Of a DNA stretch of 64,000 bases, positions 11,501 through 22,153 are shown piece after piece. Made by a program: the position numbers and the translations under genes. Below the pieces are notes generated by a model. That model saw only the letters and a program-made list of their open reading frames with translations. It made no database searches and was not told the origin of the DNA. The stretch lies in NCBI GenBank assembly GCA_020137815.1, contig CM035352.1:5704001-5768000 (forward strand), given 5' to 3'. This DNA comes from Hormiphora californensis (taxonomy: Eukaryota > Animalia > Ctenophora). Every line of letters starts with the position of its first letter. The stretch's first letter is position 1.

Positions 11501-14500
11501 CCCAAGCAACCCCGGAAGTGTTCTCGTCTCCTATGGAGGATCCACCCACGTTGTCTTCAGCGTCTCTCCTGCTGGTGGAGCTGCTGGACCCAGTGGACCT
11601 AGTGGACCTGGAGGAGCTGCCGGAGGACTTGGCATCGACATCGACATTTATGGTGGTGCCGGTGGTGCTGGTAGCCCATATGGACCCGGAGGTGCTATGG
11701 GACCTGCTGGTGGTCTTTCTGGACCTGCTGGAGGTGCTATGGGACCTGCCGGAGGTGCTGGCTTCTCCTTCAACGGAGTGTTCATCACTCCCGGAGGTAG
11801 TTACAGCGTGACCCTGCCCAGTGGAGCTTCCGTCATCGTGTCTGGTGCTTCCATCTCTCAGAACCCAAGCAACCCCGGAAGTGTTCTCGTCTCCTATGGA
11901 GGATCCACCCACGTTGTCTTCAGCGTCTCTCCTGCTGGTGGAGCTGCTGGACCCAGTGGACCTAGTGGACCTGGAGGAGCTGCCGGAGGACTTGGCATCG
12001 ACATCGACATTTATGGTGGTGCCGGTGGTGCTGGTAGCCCATATGGACCCGGAGGTGCTATGGGACCTGCTGGTGGTCTTTCTGGACCTGCTGGAGGTGC
12101 TATGGGACCTGCCGGAGGTGCTGGCTTCTCCTTCAACGGAGTGTTCATCACTCCCGGAGGTAGTTACAGCGTGACCCTGCCCAGTGGAGCTTCCGTCATC
12201 GTGTCTGGTGCTTCCATCTCTCAGAACCCAAGCAACCCCGGAAGTGTTCTCGTCTCCTATGGAGGATCCACCCACGTTGTCTTCAGCGTCTCTCCTGCTG
12301 GTGGAGCTGCTGGACCCAGTGGACCTAGTGGACCTGGAGGAGCTGCCGGAGGATTCGGCATCGACATCGACATTTATGGTGGTGCTGGTAGCCCATATGG
12401 ACCCGGAGGTGCTATGGGACCTGCTGGTGGTCTTTCTGGACCTGCTGGAGGTGCTATGGGACCTGCCGGAGGTGCTGGCTTCTCCTTCAACGGAGTGTTC
12501 ATCACTCCCGGAGGTAGTTACAGCGTGACCCTGCCCAGTGGAGCTTCCGTCATCGTGTCTGGTGCTTCCATCTCTCAGAACCCAAGCAACCCCGGAAGTG
12601 TTCTCGTCTCCTATGGAGGATCCACCCACGTTGTCTTCAGCGTCTCTCCTGCTGGTGGAGCTGCTGGACCCAGTGGACCTAGTGGACCTGGAGGAGCTGC
12701 CGGAGGACTTCGGCATCGACATCGACATTTATGGTGGTGCCGGTGGTGCTGGTAGCCCATATGGACCCGGAGGTGCTATGGGACCTGCTGGTGGTCTTTC
12801 TGGACCTGCTGGAGGTGCTATGGGACCTGCCGGAGGTGCTGGCTTCTCCTTCAACGGAGTGTTCATCACTCCCGGAGGTAGTTACAGCGTGACCCTGCCC
12901 AGTGGAGCTTCCGTCATCGTGTCTGGTGCTTCCATCTCTCAGAACCCAAGCAACCCCGGAAGTGTTCTCGTCTCCTATGGAGGATCCACCCACGTTGTCT
13001 TCAGCGTCTCTCCTGCTGGTGGAGCTGCTGGACCCAGTGGACCTGGAGGAGCTGCCGGAGGACTTGGCATCGACATCGACATTTATGGTGGTGCCGGTGG
13101 TGCTGGTAGCCCATATGGACCCGGAGGTGCTATGGGACCTGCTGGTGGTCTTTCTGGACCTGCTGGAGGTGCTATGGGACCTGCCGGAGGTGCTGGCTTC
13201 TCCTTCAACGGAGTGTTCATCACTCCCGGAGGTAGTTACAGCGTGACCCTGCCCAGTGGAGCTTCCGTCATCGTGTCTGGTGCTTCCATCTCTCAGAACC
13301 CAAGCAACCCCGGAAGTGTTCTCGTCTCCTATGGAGGATCCACCCACGTTGTCTTCAGCGTCTCTCCTGCTGGTGGAGCTGCTGGACCCAGTGGACCTGG
13401 AGGAGCTGCCGGAGGACTTGGCATCGACATCGACATTTATGGTGGTGCCGGTGGTGCTGGTAGCCCATATGGACCCGGAGGTGCTATGGGACCTGCTGGT
13501 GGTCTTTCTGGACCTGCTGGAGGTGCTATGGGACCTGCCGGAGGTGCTGGCTTCTCCTTCAACGGAGTGTTCATCACTCCCGGAGGTAGTTACAGCGTGA
13601 CCCTGCCCAGTGGAGCTTCCGTCATCGTGTCTGGTGCTTCCATCTCTCAGAACCCAAGCAACCCCGGAAGTGTTCTCGTCTCCTATGGAGGATCCACCCA
13701 CGTTGTCTTCAGCGTCTCTCCTGCTGGTGGAGCTGCTGGACCCAGTGGACCTAGTGGACCTGGAGGAGCTGCCGGAGGACTTGGCATCGACATCGACATT
13801 TATGGTGGTGCCGGTGGTGCTGGTAGCCCATATGGACCCGGAGGTGCTATGGGACCTGCTGGTGGTCTTTCTGGACCTGCTGGAGGTGCTATGGGACCTG
13901 CCGGAGGTGCTGGCTTCTCCTTCAACGGAGTGTTCATCACTCCCGGAGGTAGTTACAGCGTGACCCTGCCCAGTGGAGCTTCCGTCATCGTGTCTGGTGC
14001 TTCCATCTCTCAGAACCCAAGCAACCCCGGAAGTGTTCTCGTCTCCTATGGAGGATCCACCCACGTTGTCTTCAGCGTCTCTCCTGCTGGTGGAGCTGCT
14101 GGACCCAGTGGACCTAGTGGACCTGGAGGAGCTGCCGGAGGACTTGGCATCGACATCGACATTTATGGTGGTGCCGGTGGTGCTGGTAGCCCATATGGAC
14201 CCGGAGGTGCTATGGGACCTGCTGGTGGTCTTTCTGGACCTGCTGGAGGTGCTATGGGACCTGCCGGAGGTGCTGGCTTCTCCTTCAACGGAGTGTTCAT
14301 CACTCCCGGAGGTAGTTACAGCGTGACCCTGCCCAGTGGAGCTTCCGTCATCGTGTCTGGTGCTTCCATCTCTCAGAACCCAAGCAACCCCGGAAGTGTT
14401 CTCGTCTCCTATGGAGGATCCACCCACGTTGTCTTCAGCGTCTCTCCTGCTGGTGGAGCTGCTGGACCCAGTGGACCTAGTGGACCTGGAGGAGCTGCCG

Positions 14501-17500
14501 GAGGATTCGGCATCGACATCGACATTTATGGTGGTGCCGGTGGTGCTGGTAGCCCATATGGACCCGGAGGTGCTATGGGACCTGCTGGTGGTCTTTCTGG
14601 ACCTGCTGGAGGTGCTATGGGACCTGCCGGAGGTGCTGGCTTCTCCTTCAACGGAGTGTTCATCACTCCCGGAGGTAGTTACAGCGTGACCCTGCCCAGT
14701 GGAGCTTCCGTCATCGTGTCTGGTGCTTCCATCTCTCAGAACCCAAGCAACCCCGGAAGTGTTCTCGTCTCCTATGGAGGATCCACCCACGTTGTCTTCA
14801 GCGTCTCTCCTGCTGGTGGAGCTGCTGGACCCAGTGGACCTAGTGGACCTGGAGGAGCTGCCGGAGGACTTGGCATCGACATCGACATTTATGGTGGTGC
14901 CGGTGGTGCTGGTAGCCCATATGGACCCGGAGGTGCTATGGGACCTGCTGGTGGTCTTTCTGGACCTGCTGGAGGTGCTATGGGACCTGCCGGAGGTGCT
15001 GGCTTCTCCTTCAACGGAGTGTTCATCACTCCCGGAGGTAGTTACAGCGTGACCCTGCCCAGTGGAGCTTCCGTCATCGTGTCTGGTGCTTCCATCTCTC
15101 AGAACCCAAGCAACCCCGGAAGTGTTCTCGTCTCCTATGGAGGATCCACCCACGTTGTCTTCAGCGTCTCTCCTGCTGGTGGAGCTGCTGGACCCAGTGG
15201 ACCTAGTGGACCTGGAGGAGCTGCCGGAGGACTTCGGCATCGACATCGACATTTATGGTGGTGCCGGTGGTGCTGGTAGCCCATATGGACCCGGAGGTGC
15301 TATGGGACCTGCTGGTGGTCTTTCTGGACCTGCTGGAGGTGCTATGGGACCTGCCGGAGGTGCTGGCTTCTCCTTCAACGGAGTGTTCATCACTCCCGGA
15401 GGTAGTTACAGCGTGACCCTGCCCAGTGGAGCTTCCGTCATCGTGTCTGGTGCTTCCATCTCTCAGAACCCAAGCAACCCCGGAAGTGTTCTCGTCTCCT
15501 ATGGAGGATCCACCCACGTTGTCTTCAGCGTCTCTCCTGCTGGTGGAGCTGCTGGACCCAGTGGACCTAGTGGACCTGGAGGAGCTGCCGGAGGACTTCG
15601 GCATCGACATCGACATTTATGGTGGTGCCGGTGGTGCTGGTAGCCCATATGGACCCGGAGGTGCTATGGGACCTGCTGGTGGTCTTTCTGGACCTGCTGG
15701 AGGTGCTATGGGACCTGCCGGAGGTGCTGGCTTCTCCTTCAACGGAGTGTTCATCACTCCCGGAGGTAGTTACAGCGTGACCCTGCCCAGTGGAGCTTCC
15801 GTCATCGTGTCTGGTGCTTCCATCTCTCAGAACCCAAGCAACCCCGGAAGTGTTCTCGTCTCCTATGGAGGATCCACCCACGTTGTCTTCAGCGTCTCTC
15901 CTGCTGGTGGAGCTGCTGGACCCAGTGGACCTAGTGGACCTGGAGGAGCTGCCGGAGGATTCGGCATCGACATCGACATTTATGGTGGTGCCGGTGGTGC
16001 TGGTAGCCCATATGGACCCGGAGGTGCTATGGGACCTGCTGGTGGTCTTTCTGGACCTGCTGGAGGTGCTATGGGACCTGCCGGAGGTGCTGGCTTCTCC
16101 TTCAACGGAGTGTTCATCACTCCCGGAGGTAGTTACAGCGTGACCCTGCCCAGTGGAGCTTCCGTCATCGTGTCTGGTGCTTCATCTCTCAGAACCCAAG
16201 GCTGGACCCTTGGACCAGGGCTGGGACGCTGGGTTCGGACCTCGATTAGGTGCCGGGGGCTGTTCCTAACGAGTGTTATACTCCGGGGTTTCGCGGACCC
16301 TGCCATGGGCTTCCGATGTGTCTCCATTTCAACCCAGAACCGGACGGTCTCGTCTCTTGGGTCCACCCACTGCTCCCCCCTGTGTGGCTCTGGAATGACC
16401 AGTGCTGAGGGCTCCGGGTTGGCTCGACATGACATTTGGGGCCGGGGGCTGGTGCCATCCCGAGGCTTGGTGCTGGTGCTTCGGATGCTGAGGGTGCTGG
16501 ACCTGCCGAGGCTGGTTCCTTCCGGAGGTTCTCCTCCGGGGTGTTACAACTCCCGGGAGTTCCGTACTGTCTGGGCTTCATCTCGACACAACCCGAAGCC
16601 CCCGAGGTCCCCCCACGTTGTCTTCTCGCTTCTGCGGACGTGACCCAGTGGACCTGGGACTGGGGAGCTCGAGATGCATGACATATGGTGGTGGGCGGTA
16701 AGCAACCCGGAAGTGTTCTCGTCTCCTATGGAGGATCCACCCACGTTGTCTTCAGCGTCTCTCCTGCTGGTGGAGCTGCTGGACCCAGTGGACCTGGAGG
16801 AGCTGCCGGAGGATTCGGCATCGACATCGACATTTATGGTGGTGCCGGTGGTGCTGGTAGCCCATATGGACCCGGAGGTGCTATGGGACCTGCTGGTGGT
16901 CTTTCTGGACCTGCTGGAGGTGCTATGGGACCTGCCGGAGGTGCTGGCTTCTCCTTCAACGGAGTGTTCATCACTCCCGGAGGTAGTTACAGCGTGACCC
17001 TGCCCAGTGGAGCTTCCGTCATCGTGTCTGGTGCTTCCATCTCTCAGAACCCAAGCAACCCCGGAAGTGTTCTCGTCTCCTATGGAGGATCCACCCACGT
17101 TGTCTTCAGCGTCTCTCCTGCTGGTGGAGCTGCTGGACCCAGTGGACCTAGTGGACCTGGAGGAGCTGCCGGAGGACTTGGCATCGACATCGACATTTAT
17201 GGTGGTGCCGGTGGTGCTGGTAGCCCATATGGACCCGGAGGTGCTATGGGACCTGCTGGTGGTCTTTCTGGACCTGCTGGAGGTGCTATGGGACCTGCCG
17301 GAGGTGCTGGCTTCTCCTTCAACGGAGTGTTCATCACTCCCGGAGGTAGTTACAGCGTGACCCTGCCCAGTGGAGCTTCCGTCATCGTGTCTGGTGCTTC
17401 CATCTCTCAGAACCCAAGCAACCCCGGAAGTGTTCTCGTCTCCTATGGAGGATCCACCCACGTTGTCTTCAGCGTCTCTCCTGCTGGTGGAGCTGCTGGA

Positions 17501-18955
17501 CCCAGTGGACCTAGTGGACCTGGAGGAGCTGCCGGAGGATTCGGCATCGACATCGACATTTATGGTGGTGCCGGTGGTGCTGGTAGCCCATATGGACCCG
17601 GAGGTGCTATGGGACCTGCTGGTGGTCTTTCTGGACCTGCTGGAGGTGCTGGCTTCTCCTTCAACGGAGTGTTCATCACTCCCGGAGGTAGTTACAGCGT
17701 GACCCTGCCCAGTGGAGCTTCCGTCATCGTGTCTGGTGCTTCCATCTCTCAGAACCCAAGCAACCCTGGAAGTGTTCTCGTCTCCTATGGAGGATCCACC
17801 CACGTTGTCTTCAGCGTCTCTCCTGCTGGTGGAGCTGCTGGACCCAGTGGACCTAGTGGACCTGGAGGAGCTGCCGGAGGATTCGGCATTGACATTGACG
17901 TTTATGGTGGCATGGGACCTGGAGGAATGGGACCTGGAGGAATGGGACCCGGAAGTATGGGACCCGGAGGAATGGGACCTGGAGGAATGGGACCCGGAGG
18001 AATGGGACCCGGAGGAATGGGACCTGGAGGAATGGGACCCGGAGGAATGGGACCCGGAGGAATGGGACCCGGAAGCAGGGGACCAAGTGGTCCTAGTATT
18101 GATATTGACATCTATGCTGGGCCCTCTGGACCTTCTGGACCTGGTGGTCTTGCCAGTCCTTATGGACCTAGTGGACCTTCCGGACCTGGTGGTCTTGCCA
18201 GTCCTTATGGACCTAGTGGGCCTATGGGACCCGCTGGACCTATGGGACCTGCTGGACCTATGGGACCTGCTGGTCCATCTGGACCATCTGGACCATATGG
18301 TCCTTACTCTCCAGGATCGCCCTTCGGCTCACCTGGTTCATCCATCCCATCTGATAGCGATGGTTCAAGCTCTGATGGCGAAGCCGATGATCCATCCAAG
18401 CTGCCCTACCCTGGCTCCAACTATCTCCCTGGATTCCTGTCTCGTGCTAACCTACCCCGTGGTACCCGACATTTCCCTCTCTACGTTATGTTCAACCCTG
18501 ACGGATCTGTCAAGCCTGTGTACACTCCTCTGCGTTCTGACAAGCGGCCCATTGTTATCCTTCCCCGGGATATGATGAACCGTGCACCCAGGGCTCCCCC
18601 ATCCAACACCCCTGCCTTCACCGTGAACAACACCCCCATCATCCCTACCAAGTTCTACCAGATTAATATCAACGGTGCTACCTCTACTGTGCCTGGTCGT
18701 TACATCCGACAGAGGCGAAGCAAGGGAGGATTCTCTGTTAAGGTCGCCGGACAGCGTCGTGCCATCAGGGCCGGATACAGTCTTGTTGAGGTCGGAGCCA
18801 ATGCCGGAGGATACGCCGCTGGAGGTGCTGCTAGTGGTGGATACGCTGCTGGAGGTGCTGCTAGTGGTGGATACGCATCTGCTGGTGGATTCGGAGGAGG
18901 TTTCTCGAGTGGTGGTGCTACCGGATATGGAGGTGGCTACATGAGGAACTGTTAG
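5505..18955 (+). CDS. Giant Gly/Ser/Ala/Pro-rich repetitive silk-like/elastomeric structural protein (~4,500 aa if indels are repaired), no introns apparent
   Basis: ATG at 5505 ([12 protein letters not shown]...), then a Gly-rich head, a unique domain, (GPGGM)n, ~31 copies of a 121-aa module, (GPGGM)n again, unique C-terminal domains and stop at 18953-18955. The frame is broken only by six identical +1 events (GGA-CTTC-GGC) and one scrambled stretch (16184-16700). Confidence 0.85.
6309..17905 (+). repeat. Coding tandem array, unit ~363 bp (variants ~342/354/364/366 bp), ~31 near-identical copies plus ~1.5 corrupted copies
   Basis: Out-of-frame ORF starts recur at 6370, 6733, 7096, 7459, 7822 ... 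17007, 17370, 17712. Unit: [121 protein letters not shown]. Confidence 0.97.
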
Positions 18956-19119
18956 ATTAAAAAGACGAAGAAGATAAAACGAAGAAGAAGAAGATAGTAC
19001 GAAAAAGAAGTCAGATTTGCCCAATGAACATTTTTCGAGAGTCACTTAAACCTTGTTATTGCAGTATATTGTTGACGAGTTAGCAGTGTAATGTTTCAAT
19101 TATTCTACATTTGAACCAA

Positions 19120-19729
19120 TTAACCAACGAGTTCGTCCATTTCAAGATTAAAGTTCTCTATCTGTTGCTGAAGATCCTCAATCTCTTTCTCCTTGTACTC
19201 AAACGCTGTCTCGAATGTGTCAATAGCGTTCTGTAGGCTGTCATTCTCACGTCGCAGCTTCTCAACCTCAACCTGAAAACAGAAAGGAGAAGTTTGTCCA
19301 ATAAATATTGGAGAAGCAGGTGTAAAGATTGGAGAAGCAGGTGTAGAGATTGGAGAAGCAGGTGTAAAGATTGTGAATTCCAAACATCTCACCTCAAGTT
19401 CTGACTTTTCGTTTGCCATACAATCCTTCTGTTCATGAAGAGAATCAAGCTCGCTGTCTGCCAGTGCCAACCTACTAACAAGATCTCGCTTCTCATTTTC
19501 CAACTGAAATACAGTTAAAAGTCACTGAATCGGTCAACAAAACGACTGAATAGCTTTAGTAGAAACGGTTAATAAAACAACTAAAACAGTATTTGATCAC
19601 GAAAGACACCTGTGTAACAAGCTCAGACTTCTCCTGGACTGTGTCCAAGAGGTCATCCGCCCGGGTTATGGCTTTATCTCGCTCCTGCATCAACAGAATT
19701 ATCTTATTCTTTAAAAACTCTAGGGCCAT
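19120..19729 (-). CDS. Short (127 aa) tropomyosin-like coiled-coil protein; exons 19729-19610, 19503-19393, 19272-19120
   Basis: Three phase-0 GT-AG exons give MALEFLKNKIILLMQERDKAITRADDLLDTVQEKSELVTQ|LENEKRDLVSRLALADSELDSLHEQKDCMANEKSELE|VEVEKLRRENDSLQNAIDTFETAFEYKEKEIEDLQQQIENFNLEMDELVG*. It is proline-free with continuous heptads, and the N-terminus resembles tropomyosin M..LKxK...L..ERD.A..RA. Confidence 0.65.
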
Positions 19730-19736
19730 TGTCTCT

Positions 19737-19808
19737 GAAACTATTGGAAATTATTGGAAACTATTGGAAAATATTGGAAACTATTAGAAACTATTGGAAA
19801 CTATTGGT
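19737..19808. repeat. 10-bp tandem repeat (ACTATTGGAA)n, ~7 copies
   Basis: Directly visible just upstream of the acceptor AG preceding the tropomyosin-like ATG. Confidence 0.85.
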
Positions 19809-20366
19809 AGTAGTGGTAGACACACATAATACGGTTAGTTATTTGGCTGGGTATATTCACATCAGATACATAACACGATAATACAAAAGCTGGAAACATG
19901 TGTAAAAGCCATAAACAAAACTGATGAATGTAAATAATTCTGAAACACATAACATATAACCCAATTCACTTGTGTCTAAACACGTGTTGGCCAGATTTCG
20001 CTGTGTGCACGTGTTGGAAAATGGACTGAAAAGAGGTCAGAAACATCAGGAATTCTTGTGGAGGGATGTAAAGAAAAGAGAGGGGGTAACTTACAGAGAG
20101 AACTTGAGAAGTCAGATAGGGAGCTAAGAGAAAGGAAGCTAGGCTGCTGAGGGAGGTCTGTACTTGATGACAGGCATGTGTGTGTGTAGCTTACACCCAG
20201 TATGTAACATACCTTGTCATGTTTCATCTGGATCTACAAGTGGTTGACTGGTTGTGGTAGTTCCTGTGGGCTGCGGGTCCCCGATAGTCTTTAGGGCACG
20301 CAACCTGAGTATGGTGGTGTTATCTGCGTTATACGGTAGGAACTGCCTGGCGGCGATCACAACGCG

Positions 20367-20803
20367 AGACATGAACTACCCGATACTTAGCCAGACATGA
20401 ACTACCCGATACTTAGCCAGACATGAACTACCCGATACTTAGTCAGACATGAACTACCCGATACTTAGCCAGACATGAACTACCCGATACTTAGCCAGAC
20501 ATGAACTACCCGATACTTAGCCAGACATGAACTACTCGATACTTAGCCAGACATGAACTACCCGATACTTAGCGAGACATGAACTACCCGATACTTAGCC
20601 AGACATGAACTACCCGATACTTAGCCAGACATGAACTACCCGATACTTAGCCAGACATGAACTACCCGATACTTAGCCAGACATGAACTACCCGATACTT
20701 AGCCAGACATGAACTACCCGATACTTAGCCAGACATGAACTACCCGATACTTAGCGAGACATGAACTACCCGATACTTAGCCAGACATGAACTACCCGAT
20801 ACT
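20367..20803. repeat. 26-bp minisatellite (AGACATGAACTACCCGATACTTAGCC), ~17 copies
   Basis: Head-to-tail near-identical units with no spacers. Confidence 0.95.
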
Positions 20804-21053
20804 TCTCCTCTTATCTAGCTTATCTTACCATCCGATGTTCCTAATAATACATAACACGGTTTAACCCTGGCACATACTTGTTGAGTAAGGACAACAACTG
20901 TCTGGTGATTATACTTATAGGTCAAGTTATCTTGTACACCAGTTATATGACCTGATTTGCAGCTCACAGCTGTATACTTGTTATGAAACTACAGTATCAT
21001 TTTACTGGCAGCATGTGTAATCCATTTAGAGAGATAGAAAAGAGAGTGAGAGA

Positions 21054-21108
<55 letters not shown>

Positions 21109-21928
21109 GGCAGCTGATGGCATCTATAATAGAGCATGTATATACCCTTTCTCCCTATTTCTCTCTCGTAGCACTCCTGTTTGCTGCAGCCCTTAGCAAC
21201 CAGTTCACTTTCAGCTGACCCCATTTCATATGTTATCTCGTCCAATTCTCTCTCTCTGGTAGCAGTCATGTGAGTTATTAGTGAACTGATTATTTAGTAA
21301 AGCTTGCATTATTATGAAGTTATGAAGTAGATGAGCACGCTTTGAAGAACATTTAAATTTTAAAACATTTGCTTTTCATCTCTCTCTATATTTTTCTCTC
21401 GCCAGTTCTGAAAGTTTTAACCACTATTCATATCAAGTTGATACTGCCACCCGTCCCTCTCGTTGTGTGATGTGCCCCCTCTCTCTCGCTCACAGCTCTT
21501 ACTGCTTTCTTAGAGAACACACATCGTTTAGGCGGCATAACTTTTTTTGATCTTTTTTTAAAATTCAGTTTCCACTTCACTCTTCCAGGCGGTAATTTCT
21601 GTTGACCCTGCTGGCTGTTATAACAAGCACTACCTAGGGTCAGGCTTTTAGTCATGTTGTCAAAAAAGAGAGAAAGAGAGAGAGAGGGAGAGAGCTGAGA
21701 GAGAGAGAGGGAGAGAGAGAGAGAGCTGAGAGAGAGGGGGATTGAGACATGTCTTATGATGTCATTTTCTCTTCACGATTACTTTCCTTCTTTTATTACC
21801 TGTAATCTGTATTTGAGAGGTATAACTTCTCTTTAATTGCGTGCCCTTTGCTTACTTCTATCTAGCTGTATAACTGCATCGTGACCGTTATATCTGTATA
21901 TCCTCTTGACACCCTTTTATCCACTAAT

Positions 21929-22037
21929 CAGGAACCGACCGAATCAGGAAATACTGGTCCCTGATTGGCTGATAACCAGTCACGTGACCTAAATAACGAG
22001 TTCTGATTGGTTGTTTACTTGTTTCGGTCGGTTCCTG
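21929..22037. mobile_element. 109-bp MITE (family A), CAGG...CCTG TIRs, 8-bp TSD (hAT-like)
   Basis: TIR CAGGAACCGACCGAA / TTCGGTCGGTTCCTG; TSD CCACTAAT at 21921-21928 and 22038-22045. Other copies at 24802-24895, 58693-58790 and a remnant at 43213-43260. Confidence 0.9.
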
Positions 22038-22153
22038 CCACTAATCGAACTCTCAGGAAGAACGTGGAAGAGTTTTTGAGACTGAGTAAGGGGTGAGAGA
22101 GGAGAGAGAGATTCACTCAACCCTTCTCCCAGGAAGAGCATATTACATCTGGT

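Noticed and set aside
5961-17803. Long antisense Ser/Thr-rich ORFs and repeated 117-aa 'MELPSS...' ORFs
   Set aside because: They are shadows of the Gly-rich repeat in other frames, with no unique termini of their own.
5505-18955. True spidroin ortholog or spider contamination
   Set aside because: No spidroin N-/C-terminal domain or signal peptide is recognisable, and the gene sits among ordinary host genes, so the resemblance is treated as convergent.
20367-20803. CRISPR-like appearance of the 26-bp repeats (also 56833-57695)
   Set aside because: The units are head-to-tail with no unique spacers, there are no cas genes, and the context is eukaryotic.
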